A stretch of 64,000 bases of DNA from a virus, in IMG/VR virus record IMGVR_UViG_3300037851_000259, positions 1 through 64,000 of that record; one strand, given 5' to 3'. The first letter of the stretch is position 1. Each line of letters begins with the position of its first letter. Both the position numbers and the translations under genes were made by a program. Shown here one piece after another: positions 16,449 to 26,305 of this stretch. The notes under the pieces are model-generated. The model did no database searches, was not told the origin of the DNA, and saw nothing but the letters and a program-made list of their open reading frames with translations.

Positions 16449-17390
16449 TCACAGGTCCAGGTTTGGTTTGAAGTTTCTCTTTCTGCTCTTTTGCAAATCT
16501 CCTTGTATATTGAGATACTTACGGTATTCACATAGAGCTTGTTCGATAGCTGCTGTGGTAAGGAACACTCTCTTTCCATCAACAAACAGATAAGGGAATT
16601 TATCTACAGGTTGATGTTTCATGAGAGTTAATGCAGTGTGACTGGCTTTAGCTCTCTTGTTAAGGTCTTTGCACAGCGGTTCTGCGCCAGGTCCAATATG
16701 GAACTCCTTGAATTCATCCACGTGCTCTGGCCATTGATATCCAGCATCCATAATGACTTCTGCCAAGATAAATCTCATTCGTCCTCTGAAGGCAGGAACC
16801 ATCTCTTCCACAATTGCATGAATGGGAGCGTCCTTAGAGTTCAGAAATACCTTAGCGCAATCTCTGGCCACTTTCGGCAGATGTACGTACAAGATATCGT
16901 GACGGCCTTCGTATCCCATCAACATTGACTCATATTGTGCAAAGTTATAGCTGGAGCCAGTTCTTGGAGAAGGAAGAGACAGGAAGTGTCGATGCTTGGC
17001 ATCATTGTCTGCGTCGTCATAAGAGAGCAGTCCAACTGTCTCGATAGTTTCTGGCTTACACATCAACCTGCAATGAAGGATGTTAAGAAACCACAGATCG
17101 AAATCGCCTTTCATAGGCTCCAGCAGCTTATGCCACAGCATCGTCTGTCTGTCTAGCTCTCTGTAGATATTAGTGAATCGAAATCTCTGAAGGCAATAGT
17201 CATCTGTCCATGGAGGAGGGAGTCCTTGAGCCCGTTTATGCCAAACTTCCATGCGCATGCTGACAAATTTCCAGAAAGCCTCTTCCACTTCTGAGTTCAG
17301 GGCCACTTCGTACTGTTTCCCTGTCAAGCCAGCTGGCATTTCTTGGTACTTAGACCAATGGTTGTACAATTTTGAAATATCCGTAGTCAC
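16449..17390 (-). CDS. Hypothetical protein (conserved-looking motif FRFTNIYRELDRQT; possible DNA base hypermodification aGPT-Pplase-like enzyme, unverified)
   Basis: 313-aa helical protein. The [F]xNxYRxxDRxT motif resembles, from my memory only, alpha-glutamyl/putrescinyl thymine pyrophosphorylase-family proteins. Not verified. Confidence 0.5.
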   Translation of the reverse strand: MTTDISKLYNHWSKYQEMPAGLTGKQYEVALNSEVEEAFWKFVSMRMEVWHKRAQGLPPPWTDDYCLQRFRFTNIYRELDRQTMLWHKLLEPMKGDFDLWFLNILHCRLMCKPETIETVGLLSYDDADNDAKHRHFLSLPSPRTGSSYNFAQYESMLMGYEGRHDILYVHLPKVARDCAKVFLNSKDAPIHAIVEEMVPAFRGRMRFILAEVIMDAGYQWPEHVDEFKEFHIGPGAEPLCKDLNKRAKASHTALTLMKHQPVDKFPYLFVDGKRVFLTTAAIEQALCEYRKYLNIQGDLQKSRKRNFKPNLDL

Positions 17391-18085
17391 CGTTTCACCC
17401 TTTCCAGAAGCTGAAGAATCTGCATCTTTTCGTCTGTAGACATTGTTGCGTTATCCATTGGATCTCCTGGAGGCAAAGCCACAACATCCACAGTGTCGCT
17501 GGTGATTTGCTGCTTTGGTCCGTTTGGTCCGTTCGTTAGATTGGCGATGTTGATGTTCACTGCGGCTGGAGCAGGTCCACTCCCAGAACCTTCAAGAGGC
17601 TTCTCTGTTTGTAGGCTCTGTAACATGAGGAGCAAGGTCTGTAGCTCTTTGAAGTTCTTGGGTATCAGCGGGCATTCTTTTGCTGATGACGGATTCTTAA
17701 TTACTTCTGCCAGTTTGCTCTTGTACAGAGCCGCCGTAGCGACAATGGAATCTGTAATCAAGTCAATGGCTGCGGCGTCTGCTCTGGTTACCTTCACGCC
17801 TGCTCTTACAGAAGTGGTCTGGTCTTTTCTTTCTCTCCAGTCATAGTAGATGGCCGTGTACACCAATATCTCTAGTGATACACCGAGCTTAGCGGATATA
17901 TCTTCAAACGAATCCCCAATGTAATAGAAGTAGAACGCTGACTGCTCTACTTCTTTTGACAGTTTGGTTGCAGACATCTCTGCATGGGTTCTTGCGATTG
18001 CCCATTGGTCAGGAGTGATGTCATCTGGTCTAGCTTTGTTAAAGCATTCGACCTTATCCTGATTGAGCTTGTCTTTGAAAGACAT
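17387..18085 (-). CDS. Hypothetical protein, possible small terminase subunit
   Basis: Start placed at the ATG at 18085 (GGAG plus 6 nt). The track TTG start at 18157 lies in the terminator T-tract. HTH-like segment DSFEDISAKLGVSLEILVY. Located upstream of terL on the same strand. Confidence 0.35.
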   Translation of the reverse strand: MSFKDKLNQDKVECFNKARPDDITPDQWAIARTHAEMSATKLSKEVEQSAFYFYYIGDSFEDISAKLGVSLEILVYTAIYYDWRERKDQTTSVRAGVKVTRADAAAIDLITDSIVATAALYKSKLAEVIKNPSSAKECPLIPKNFKELQTLLLMLQSLQTEKPLEGSGSGPAPAAVNINIANLTNGPNGPKQQITSDTVDVVALPPGDPMDNATMSTDEKMQILQLLERVKR

Positions 18086-18157
18086 GTGTTTCTCCAAGTT
18101 TGTGTCCAAATCTAATGTAATTTTCAGTGTGGAGGGAGATGAGTTTGATATTGCCAA

Positions 18158-18182
18158 CGAAAAACGGCTCCCGAAGGAGCCG
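18158..18182 (-). terminator. Rho-independent terminator after the sheath-like gene
   Basis: Stem CGGCTCC/GGAGCCG (18165-18182) with a 4-nt loop, followed on the minus strand by TTTTT. Confidence 0.6.
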
Positions 18183-18262
18183 CATTAGAAACCTACAGAG
18201 GCAATAAGTAAAGGGACCAACTAAGTTGGTCCCTAATTTGAATTATGGCTAAGTTTTCTTAC

Positions 18263-21118
18263 TTAGCGTTGAGCAGTGACATTGAGAATTAAATATTCAA
18301 TGGCTTCGGTCGGTTTGATGGACACATCGCACTCGTATCCGTTTCCAGTGAATCTCACTGCATCAACCGAGAACCCAATCAATGAGCCCGAAGACACAAA
18401 GGATTGGAGAACGGTAGACAGAGCGTTCTTGATAGAAGCGGCAGACACATCCGTTGTTCGGTTTCCAACGTAGTTGTCAAGAACCGAGCGACAGGTCGCC
18501 AGCACTTGGTCACAGACGAAGAGAACCGAGATTCGCTCATAGACCCAAGCCTTCGGGTCGTTCTCGCGAGAACGAGTAGAGAGGTCAGGGGATTCCATGC
18601 GGATTCCAGAGCCAGTCACAGCCTTAAGCACCACCAGACCAGCTTCGATAGCTTGGTCAAGGTCCTTGGTATCAGGATCGAAATCCGTCACCAGCGTGTC
18701 ACTGTACACCGACTCGTCGCCGATGTGTTTGACATCAGCAAGAGTAAAGCTCTTGCGAAGCAGCGGAGTTCCGAGGTTAGCTTGGGTGCGACCAGCCGTC
18801 AAGATCACAGACTCCATCCAAGGTTGGAACCACTTCACAGTACCATCTGCGGCAAGCGCCCTAACCATTTGGAAGCTCATCTGGATTCGTTCGCTAGAAA
18901 GCGCAGCTGCCTTCAGCTTGGCATCTTCGAAGCTTCCGTGGAAGCTAGCTTCACCGAAACGCTCTTTGCGATTCAGCACATTGCTTGCAGTCAACACATG
19001 CGACTTAAGACCCTGATGGATTGAGTCGATTGTGTAGGTCGATGACTCGTTAGTAAGACCATCTTCGATATCCTTAGCTGCATCTCGTGAGAAGAGGGGC
19101 AGAGCAATGACACCGTTAATCTTAAGGGCAGCGTCATAAGCATCCAGGATGCTTGCGTCGCTTGTGGACCCGATGGACCCGCCAGTAAGGAATGTTGCCG
19201 TAGCTTCAACGCTCGGCAGACCACACTTGAACATAAGAGCAGCAGACTCAGCAAAAGCAACCAAGATGACATTGGCATCCATGAAGCTCTTGAAGCTGTA
19301 GTAATCGGTCTTGATGCGTCCGTTGTAGGCAGGAGCCCCAGCAACGCCGCCAGCAATTCCAACAGTTTGCACTTCGTCCAACACAGTCTTGGGATTCAGC
19401 GCTCCGTGGCTCAGAGAACCAAGGGCAGCAGCATATCCAGCCTTTGTATTGATGAAGGCAACGAGGTCTGAAAGGGTGGCGTACAGACCGAGGTTGATGC
19501 GCAGGTTGTCGTTCACGTTGGCGCAGGTTGTCGTCAGGATTCCATTGGAGATGCTGACGGTAGCTGTTGCGCTGCCCGTGTAAGACAGACGAAGGACCAC
19601 GCGTCCACCGATAAGGTCGGTAGGATAGGTCAAGCCATCAGATTGACGAGAAGCTTCCACATACACCTGAGCTTCTGCACCGCTTGTCACCAAGGTTGCA
19701 GCGTCAGAGGTGGTTGCCATGGCGCTCTGAAGTTTGAATGGAGCGTCGTTTCCGGCCAGAGCCACAGCAGCAACGGTCACACCGCCATCAATCACCTTGC
19801 GTGCGGTGATGGAAGTAGAACCAGAAGCAGTGACAACCCAGGCACCCACATTCTGCATAGTTGCGCCAGCAATTGGCGAACCAGGGAGAACCCACAGGGT
19901 TTCACCGGCAGCAGGGACGTTCGTATAGGCTCCAGAGGTAATCGCGAACACACCGACGTTGGCAGTCACTGTAACCCCAACAGAGGCTCCTGCGGCAGTA
20001 GCAGCCGTCACAGGATTGCGCTGGTAAGCGGGATTCCAGAAGCGTTGAGCGATATTGCGGTTGCCAGAGGTACGGTACACTTCGAGAGAAGCGCCGATTC
20101 CGGAAGCAGTTGCTGCGTCCACAGTCACAGTCATCGGTGCGAACACCATGACTTCAGCCGAAGCCACCAGACTCTGGTCGCCGACGATCGGAGTGCTGGC
20201 CACAGTTACGGGAGCGATAGCGGCAGCTTCAGCGCCTGTCGAATAGGAAGAAATCTTGTCAGCAACAATCTGTGTAGAGTTTGCCGACACGACAACGTAA
20301 GCACCGACGTTTGCGTCGCCTGCACCCTTGATTGCCGAGTTAAGAGGAATGTACAGGATATCTCCAGCAACGACCGAAGCGATGTTGGCACCCTGGAATG
20401 TAGTCTGCACTGCGCCGCCAGTGAGGTTGGCGATGATTGTGATGCGGTGTCCAACTGCGGTCACTTCGATTTCATCGGCAGCGAGAACCTGAGCAGCACT
20501 GATGATTTCACGGAGAGCGCCGCCAGTTGCAGCCACTCCAGTAAGACCGTTCACCGTGGTCACCACTTCCGAAGGAAGGGCTTCGGCGGCTACAGAGGCA
20601 GACAGTTCAGCTCCACCAGACACGCGGAGTTTGAAATCAGCCGATTCAGCTTTGGGAACCCAGTAAGCCGAGAATGTGGGAAGAACTTCAGTAGTTCCTG
20701 CACGAATCCTCTTGCTGATGAGGTTACCGCTCTCGCCGTACTCCACGGAGTTAATCAGGCCGTAAGCCGTTGCTCCTTGGAGGATGGTGCCGTTTGCAAG
20801 ACCGCTGTTATTGGTCTTGTACACATACACATTTCCCACACTTCCAGCAAATGCAGGCGATGCCTGGTTTGTGAAGATGTTTCGTGCGGCATCCACGAGA
20901 GGCCCAGCGCCGTAATAATCTCGAAATTGATTGAACTCGTTGAAGTAGACTCCACGGATGTCCAGTGCAGAACCCGGTGCCCCTTTCTCTGCTTCACCAA
21001 TAAGAACAACATTCCGAGGTCCAGGAGCAATGCTGGCCAGACTGTCTTGTACGGTGAATTGAGAATAAGTACCGGGAACAACCACCCTGGCTCCATTGAC
21101 TGAAATTGCAATAGTCAT
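18263..21118 (-). CDS. Probable tail sheath protein (951 aa)
   Basis: The N-terminus VPGTYSQFTVQD...RNVVLIGEAEKGAPG...FNEFNQFRDYYG follows the PGxY / aliG..kGP / ef...fG pattern of contractile sheath proteins. Ala/Gly/Thr/Val-rich, GC-rich optimal codons, own terminator. Confidence 0.55.
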   Translation of the reverse strand: MTIAISVNGARVVVPGTYSQFTVQDSLASIAPGPRNVVLIGEAEKGAPGSALDIRGVYFNEFNQFRDYYGAGPLVDAARNIFTNQASPAFAGSVGNVYVYKTNNSGLANGTILQGATAYGLINSVEYGESGNLISKRIRAGTTEVLPTFSAYWVPKAESADFKLRVSGGAELSASVAAEALPSEVVTTVNGLTGVAATGGALREIISAAQVLAADEIEVTAVGHRITIIANLTGGAVQTTFQGANIASVVAGDILYIPLNSAIKGAGDANVGAYVVVSANSTQIVADKISSYSTGAEAAAIAPVTVASTPIVGDQSLVASAEVMVFAPMTVTVDAATASGIGASLEVYRTSGNRNIAQRFWNPAYQRNPVTAATAAGASVGVTVTANVGVFAITSGAYTNVPAAGETLWVLPGSPIAGATMQNVGAWVVTASGSTSITARKVIDGGVTVAAVALAGNDAPFKLQSAMATTSDAATLVTSGAEAQVYVEASRQSDGLTYPTDLIGGRVVLRLSYTGSATATVSISNGILTTTCANVNDNLRINLGLYATLSDLVAFINTKAGYAAALGSLSHGALNPKTVLDEVQTVGIAGGVAGAPAYNGRIKTDYYSFKSFMDANVILVAFAESAALMFKCGLPSVEATATFLTGGSIGSTSDASILDAYDAALKINGVIALPLFSRDAAKDIEDGLTNESSTYTIDSIHQGLKSHVLTASNVLNRKERFGEASFHGSFEDAKLKAAALSSERIQMSFQMVRALAADGTVKWFQPWMESVILTAGRTQANLGTPLLRKSFTLADVKHIGDESVYSDTLVTDFDPDTKDLDQAIEAGLVVLKAVTGSGIRMESPDLSTRSRENDPKAWVYERISVLFVCDQVLATCRSVLDNYVGNRTTDVSAASIKNALSTVLQSFVSSGSLIGFSVDAVRFTGNGYECDVSIKPTEAIEYLILNVTAQR

Positions 21119-21227
21119 GGTTTTCTTTCCCTTTCCTAGCTGCTAAGAACAAAGTTGCGATAGCTACCGCTGATTATAGAAGTAGCTATCTCAAGTAGAG
21201 CTTAAATCGTTATGGGTGGATTGGATT

Positions 21228-21533
21228 TCAATGATTACGACGGCGAAGTGATGCAGGCCATCCAAAAGAGGAAAGTGTGGCTGCCAGTTCTTCTTCTGTT
21301 GCTCTGGTAGGAAGCCCTCTGGAGTTACAGAATGCCAAGATTGGAGCCAGATGTTGTGGCTTGTAATTCACATAGCTTCTGACAAATTCTTCCATCATAA
21401 GAACTGGACGAAGGTCCCTTTCTTCCTTTGGCGCTTCATGAACTTTCTTTTCTGCTGCCATAGCTGCTGTGGCTTCCTCTCCGGCCTTGTTTGGCTTAGA
21501 AACAAGAGATTTCTGCTTTTTGGGCTGTGCCAT
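21228..21533 (-). CDS. Hypothetical basic protein
   Basis: 101-aa ORF upstream of the sheath-like gene. Confidence 0.45.
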   Translation of the reverse strand: MAQPKKQKSLVSKPNKAGEEATAAMAAEKKVHEAPKEERDLRPVLMMEEFVRSYVNYKPQHLAPILAFCNSRGLPTRATEEELAATLSSFGWPASLRRRNH

Positions 21534-22440
21534 AAGTCGCTCCTTCTAGATTTCTGTCACACGTTACCTTGACGGTCAGCTTGTCAGGCGTCAGTGTGTC
21601 GTTCATTACCCATTCGTCTGTCATCAGTCCGTTTATAGAAAACTCAGATGTCCAAACCGTTTGTCCCGCATAGCTTTCATTTTTCGCTATGGGGGTATAT
21701 CGAAACGTAGCAACATTGAATCCGTTGTCCGCCAATATCAGACGTGACTGTTTCAGAGCATGTCGCACTATACAAGAGAAGACGTCACAAGCCTCTGGAT
21801 CTCCTGCAACATCTAGATACACCTTGACGGTGCATCTATCTAGAGACTGTCCAATTTCTCTCTTTATCACTCTGTCAGCCGACCAGACACTCCAATCGTT
21901 CAGACCTTCAGCCAAAGTCGGGATAGGGTCGGTGTACACATGGAGGTACTGGTCTGTAGGTCTGGTGGGCCAGATCATGCTCTTAATCTTGTACAAGCTG
22001 CCGTCTTTGCTCTTCAATGAAAGCCCTACCCACATCTTGTTCTGAAGCTGATAATCCTTTGATATCATTACAGAACCGTCTTCGTGGATATTCGATATGT
22101 GAAAGTCGGCGTATTTTGTAGGAACGTGTTGCTTGATTACGGTTTCACCATAGTCGCCTATGAAGTTCTTTTCTTCGCTTCCGCCTTCAAATGTGACGCT
22201 GATGTTTGGCAGTCTGGCTACATCCAATCTGTATCCCAAACTGTAATGTATATCGTTAGTTTTTAGATATTCAATGGCTGGGTTTATGAAATCTGGTCCA
22301 TATACCATCTCCATGCCACAGTTCATTGCGTAGCCTTCAAGGATGAAGTTCAGCAAATCTTCATCCACTCTCAGTCTTTCTACAGTGCTTCGAATTATTC
22401 CCAGCACCATGACGTGCGGTAGCATCGTAGCCATATTCAA
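21496..22440 (-). CDS. Hypothetical protein (probable virion/neck module)
   Basis: 314-aa ORF in a same-strand block upstream of the sheath-like gene. Confidence 0.55.
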   Translation of the reverse strand: MNMATMLPHVMVLGIIRSTVERLRVDEDLLNFILEGYAMNCGMEMVYGPDFINPAIEYLKTNDIHYSLGYRLDVARLPNISVTFEGGSEEKNFIGDYGETVIKQHVPTKYADFHISNIHEDGSVMISKDYQLQNKMWVGLSLKSKDGSLYKIKSMIWPTRPTDQYLHVYTDPIPTLAEGLNDWSVWSADRVIKREIGQSLDRCTVKVYLDVAGDPEACDVFSCIVRHALKQSRLILADNGFNVATFRYTPIAKNESYAGQTVWTSEFSINGLMTDEWVMNDTLTPDKLTVKVTCDRNLEGATYGTAQKAEISCF

Positions 22441-22445
22441 TACTC

Positions 22446-23342
22446 CTAGCGCAGTTCGTCTTTAACTTGAGTAAGTATACGGGACATTATTTCTATTGAA
22501 ACCGTGGTGCCCCATTCAGCGGCTTCTTCGACCATATTATTGGCAACAAATCCAGGATGCAACCACTCCGCGCTGCCTGGTTTATCTGTCATTGTTTTGA
22601 AGTTTGTATAGCCGACAAACGTAGGAGCTTTCCTCTTCTTGAAAGCGGCATGGTTCTGAAAGGTTCTGATTCTTTCTGTTACCAGAGCGGTCCTTCTTCT
22701 GCCAGGAACGGGTCTTCCAAATCTTTCGACTCTTGTGTACTCTTCGGTATCTTCGTTTACGTCTTCGCTCTTTAGTCTGTATCTTCCTTTGATGTCTTTT
22801 AGCAATTCTTGTATAAGGGTCTGTTCTTCAGCCACCCTTGGGTGTCTTTCTCTTAGCCTTGCTCCTCTTGGGCTATTCACGTCTTCATTTGTTATAGGAA
22901 TCGTTCTGTATCTGTTTCCAGCTTTGGAGATTTTGCACTTTACGTTGAGCATGGCCTCTTTGATTGAGAACCCAGCTGCTCCGTTCTCCATCCCGGCTAT
23001 GACAAAATCATCTGTAGCAAAAGCAATAACGATGATTCCGTTTTCGACGAACACCTGGATTGATTCTTTGTACATGTCTTTATGAGATTCGGAGATATCC
23101 AAGTGATCTATAGATTCTTCCAAATGATCTTCTACAGACTGCTTTGTTAGTTCTGTTACAGAGTCAATCACTCTTTCAGATATGGATTTGGCCATATCTG
23201 AAGCGAAGACATCTCTATTCTTCTTAGTCGTTCCTCCAAGATTCTTAAGATAGCCGTCTATGTGCATCTTCATATCTACGCGCAGTCTATCTGACCACAC
23301 CGCAGCTATGTCTATGTAAGAAGTCTTGGAGTTGAAGGACAT
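22446..23342 (-). CDS. Hypothetical protein (probable virion/neck module)
   Basis: 298-aa ORF, tightly packed with its neighbours. Confidence 0.55.
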   Translation of the reverse strand: MSFNSKTSYIDIAAVWSDRLRVDMKMHIDGYLKNLGGTTKKNRDVFASDMAKSISERVIDSVTELTKQSVEDHLEESIDHLDISESHKDMYKESIQVFVENGIIVIAFATDDFVIAGMENGAAGFSIKEAMLNVKCKISKAGNRYRTIPITNEDVNSPRGARLRERHPRVAEEQTLIQELLKDIKGRYRLKSEDVNEDTEEYTRVERFGRPVPGRRRTALVTERIRTFQNHAAFKKRKAPTFVGYTNFKTMTDKPGSAEWLHPGFVANNMVEEAAEWGTTVSIEIMSRILTQVKDELR

Positions 23343-23989
23343 TAAGCCACCTTGCCAAACTTTTCAGAAACAAGCTTCAAGATTGCGGCTTCCGTAACAT
23401 CCAGTCCATGAACAGTTGTCATCATCTGGTCCAAGACGCTAGACGACACACCTTCCTTAAGAGCGGCCAACAGATTCATGAAGGCTGGGCTGACTTGGGC
23501 GGCAGATTCACTGGAGTCGGGGGCAAAAGCTCCTGTCTCCTCGATTTCTGCATCTGTAGGCGTTTCCAGTGACATTTCTTCATCCGAGACATTGGGGATC
23601 TCCTCATCAGATTTATCAAGTTCTTCAAGCATCTTTATCTTTTCAGTAAGCTCTTTGACCTTTTCATACATCTGTTCTAAGGTCGGGTCCACTACCCCAG
23701 CATCTTTAAGTGTGCTGAAGTCGTTGTCATCCACCAATCCATGGATAACCATATGTCCCAGGTCGGATGGTCTTATTTCTCTTTCTTCAAAGTAATCCAT
23801 ATAGGTAGGCTTAGTCACCCATTGCTTCTCGGGTACACAGAAAGCGTCTTCTGATTCTGGACTTCCGTAATACAGAGGTCGTCCGTTGACCGTATAGGCT
23901 CTCATGCTCAGTATCTTAGGTTCTGAACCGAATGCTGGGACAGCTTCCGGTGCTTCATTCTCTTGGTCTGTTTCAGTGATAGGCAACAT
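23342..23989 (-). CDS. Hypothetical acidic protein
   Basis: Start set at the ATG at 23989, preceded by TAAGGAG. The longer track ORF (to 24109) would overlap the upstream gene by 110 nt. Confidence 0.5.
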   Translation of the reverse strand: MLPITETDQENEAPEAVPAFGSEPKILSMRAYTVNGRPLYYGSPESEDAFCVPEKQWVTKPTYMDYFEEREIRPSDLGHMVIHGLVDDNDFSTLKDAGVVDPTLEQMYEKVKELTEKIKMLEELDKSDEEIPNVSDEEMSLETPTDAEIEETGAFAPDSSESAAQVSPAFMNLLAALKEGVSSSVLDQMMTTVHGLDVTEAAILKLVSEKFGKVA

Positions 23990-23999
23990 GGCTTGCTCC

Positions 24000-24839
24000 T
24001 TAGTCTTTAGGCCATACGATATTGTCAAATTTAGCACTTGGGATAAGCCACGCCATTGCCAAGATTGCTGAGCCTGGATAGTACGTTGCTTCTGCTGGGG
24101 CTCCTGCATACGCTATTTCGTTAGCCCAAGTCATTCGGAATATTCTCGGTGTGTCAACAACCACGAAGAACGGTCGAGTCCAATAGACACAGGCGAACAC
24201 GGTCCCTTGGTTCTTTATTGGGTCAAAGGCAGGTCTTGGTTGTCCCGGTTGATATATCCAATGTATCTTTCCATCGGCAACTGTGAAATCGACACCTTCT
24301 TCGTATCTCTTGTTTCCGTCATAAAGATAGTCCACAGCGAATACCGGGAATCTCAATGTCTGTATGCCTGAAGGATCATATGAGAACAGGTCTTCCATCA
24401 TGACTGTAGAGGTGGCGGTGTCTTTGAATAGGATTAGGTCACCGGACCTTAGGAATACCCTCTTGTCTGGTTCGTCGGTATATCTTCCTGTATGATTCAC
24501 AGTCATCGTGTGTTTGCCATGGATACCGTGAACTAGATATGTCTCATCCCAACTAAGATTCTGAGGAGCCACATAAAGTTCATGAGAGTCGTAATAGACA
24601 AGACCAGTCATGTCCATCTCTTTAAGGTTTACACCTTCAGCAGGCGTATTCCTTTTTGGATTCAAGGCATGGCGATAGTGGTAAGCTTTGAAACCCTTAC
24701 TCTTAATAAGGTTCTCATGAGCATCAATGCTGAACACTCCTGAAGGAGCGAATGGGCCAGCAGGATAGATGCCTGTTGGCAAACTCTGGGATTCACTAGG
24801 CGACTTTATGCCAGTCAGTCTATTTACATCTTTAGCCAT
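24000..24839 (-). CDS. Hypothetical protein
   Basis: 279-aa ORF, the first gene of the minus-strand block. No motif recognised. Confidence 0.55.
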   Translation of the reverse strand: MAKDVNRLTGIKSPSESQSLPTGIYPAGPFAPSGVFSIDAHENLIKSKGFKAYHYRHALNPKRNTPAEGVNLKEMDMTGLVYYDSHELYVAPQNLSWDETYLVHGIHGKHTMTVNHTGRYTDEPDKRVFLRSGDLILFKDTATSTVMMEDLFSYDPSGIQTLRFPVFAVDYLYDGNKRYEEGVDFTVADGKIHWIYQPGQPRPAFDPIKNQGTVFACVYWTRPFFVVVDTPRIFRMTWANEIAYAGAPAEATYYPGSAILAMAWLIPSAKFDNIVWPKD

Positions 24840-24942
24840 GAAAAACCTCGGTTTTGCTTAACTTTCTTTGATTATCCACGTTTGTCAGGGTGGCCTCTAT
24901 ACTGTTATTGAGGGCGCACAATTGTCCGGAGGGCCAACTGTT

Positions 24943-25455
24943 ATGGCTAGTTTCCACAAAAGTCCCACCAGTCACTCCTTGCTTCTTTACGCGGCTCCAC
25001 CCCAAAAATCTCAACCCACTTCTTACTATCTAGTAAAAGAGAAGGACGGTAAGCAGATATTCTGCTTGTCTATCGGGTTTGGTGACTTGGGTATTGGACA
25101 TGAAGAAGACTTCTTGCCAAACGGTTCATTCCTTATGGGAAGAATCGACAAGGTAGGTGCTCGGTCCATCTATCTTATTAACGGCAGCAAGACCAGCGAA
25201 CTTCCTTGTTCGACAACAATGTCTTGGATTATCGGTGGGTTCCTATCAAATCAGATGGCCATAGGCAAGCTTCAAGATGGTCGCGTCTTCTTTGCCCTTC
25301 CAGTATCTAGAAGTAAGTATCAGAATGACGTTTCTGTGAACTCCGCAGAGAAGAACATGTTTGATCGGGGGTACAGGCATCTTAAGTCGGTCAAGTACGA
25401 CTATGACGATGACCCAATCCTAGAAAACAAGATAAAGTCCAAGAAAGCTCGCTAA
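24943..25455 (+). CDS. Hypothetical protein
   Basis: The ORF is open from 24868. The ATG at 24943 has GGAGG about 10 nt upstream. Start uncertain. Confidence 0.4.
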   Translation: MASFHKSPTSHSLLLYAAPPQKSQPTSYYLVKEKDGKQIFCLSIGFGDLGIGHEEDFLPNGSFLMGRIDKVGARSIYLINGSKTSELPCSTTMSWIIGGFLSNQMAIGKLQDGRVFFALPVSRSKYQNDVSVNSAEKNMFDRGYRHLKSVKYDYDDDPILENKIKSKKAR

Positions 25456-25495
25456 TTTCAGCGCCCTCGCTCTGGGCCGTCTTTCTATAATCTTA

Positions 25496-26293
25496 ATGAT
25501 TGTACAGTGTATAGGGAGACGCCTAGTGTTTGACATATATGGTATTTTGGCCACCGAGTCTGTAGACCGTACTGGCGAACAAATGAGCATCGAAGGCGCA
25601 GATATCGATGATCTCAAATATATCAATGACGATCATAAGTCATCGTTGTTGCTTGAGATTCTTGGTTCGGTCAGACAGGCAAAGAAGATATGGAAAGAGT
25701 CTGATTGCGAAGACCAACTCATGTTCAACTGTTGGAACAGGGTGAAGAAGCCATTCATCTATGTAAGAGGTAGCTTGGCCTCTCCAGAGCATCCTAATGC
25801 AGCTGCTGCCGAAGGTCTCATTCGTTACAGTTTCCAGAATCCTGACTTCCCTGTCGGATGGTCTGTCGAAGGCGCGACCATGCTTAGGCAGGGTCGGAAG
25901 TTGATGAAGACCAAGATCATCGCAGCTTCGCTTACCGTTAAGCCTTGCAATACGGAATGCCTGGTGTTCCCTGTGATGGACCTTCGCAAGTCTCTTAGGG
26001 AAGAGATTCTCCCTGAGAAGTATGCCCACATTGCTCCGGCTCGTAAATATTTCCGAAACATCCCAACGATAGAAGACCGACTTCTTTGTAAGTCCATGCT
26101 TCTTAATGATGTAAAGAGTCTTATGAAATCAGAAGATGCCCTGAGCAATGCCACACTTATAAAGTGCTGGAACTGTGGCGAAGGCAAAATCTTCATGAAG
26201 AACCGTCCTCCTAACCGCTGCGTAGCTTGTGGGGAGTCGTTTCACCTTTCCGACATATACAATGCAAGAAAGAACCCTTCCCCTATCTTTTGA
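25496..26293 (+). CDS. Prohead (capsid maturation) protease, HK97/S78-like, with C-terminal zinc ribbon
   Basis: - ILATESVDRTGEQMSIEGADI fits the aSt..vDR.Gd.i N-terminal motif.
- DDHKSS supplies a His.
- VGWSVEG plus AASLTVKPCNTEC match the lSiGf ... EvSlV..PAn pattern.
- C-terminal CWNCG...CVACG. Confidence 0.55.
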   Translation: MIVQCIGRRLVFDIYGILATESVDRTGEQMSIEGADIDDLKYINDDHKSSLLLEILGSVRQAKKIWKESDCEDQLMFNCWNRVKKPFIYVRGSLASPEHPNAAAAEGLIRYSFQNPDFPVGWSVEGATMLRQGRKLMKTKIIAASLTVKPCNTECLVFPVMDLRKSLREEILPEKYAHIAPARKYFRNIPTIEDRLLCKSMLLNDVKSLMKSEDALSNATLIKCWNCGEGKIFMKNRPPNRCVACGESFHLSDIYNARKNPSPIF

Positions 26294-26305
26294 GGTACGA
26301 GACTC

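Noticed and set aside
19643-21103. 486-aa + strand ORF antisense to the sheath-like gene (also 18404..19024, 18597..19016, 18991..19362 and 20755..21111)
   Set aside because: Ser/Arg/Cys/His-rich translations with no start signals, entirely antisense to or off-frame within a strongly supported GC-rich gene. This is a typical shadow ORF.
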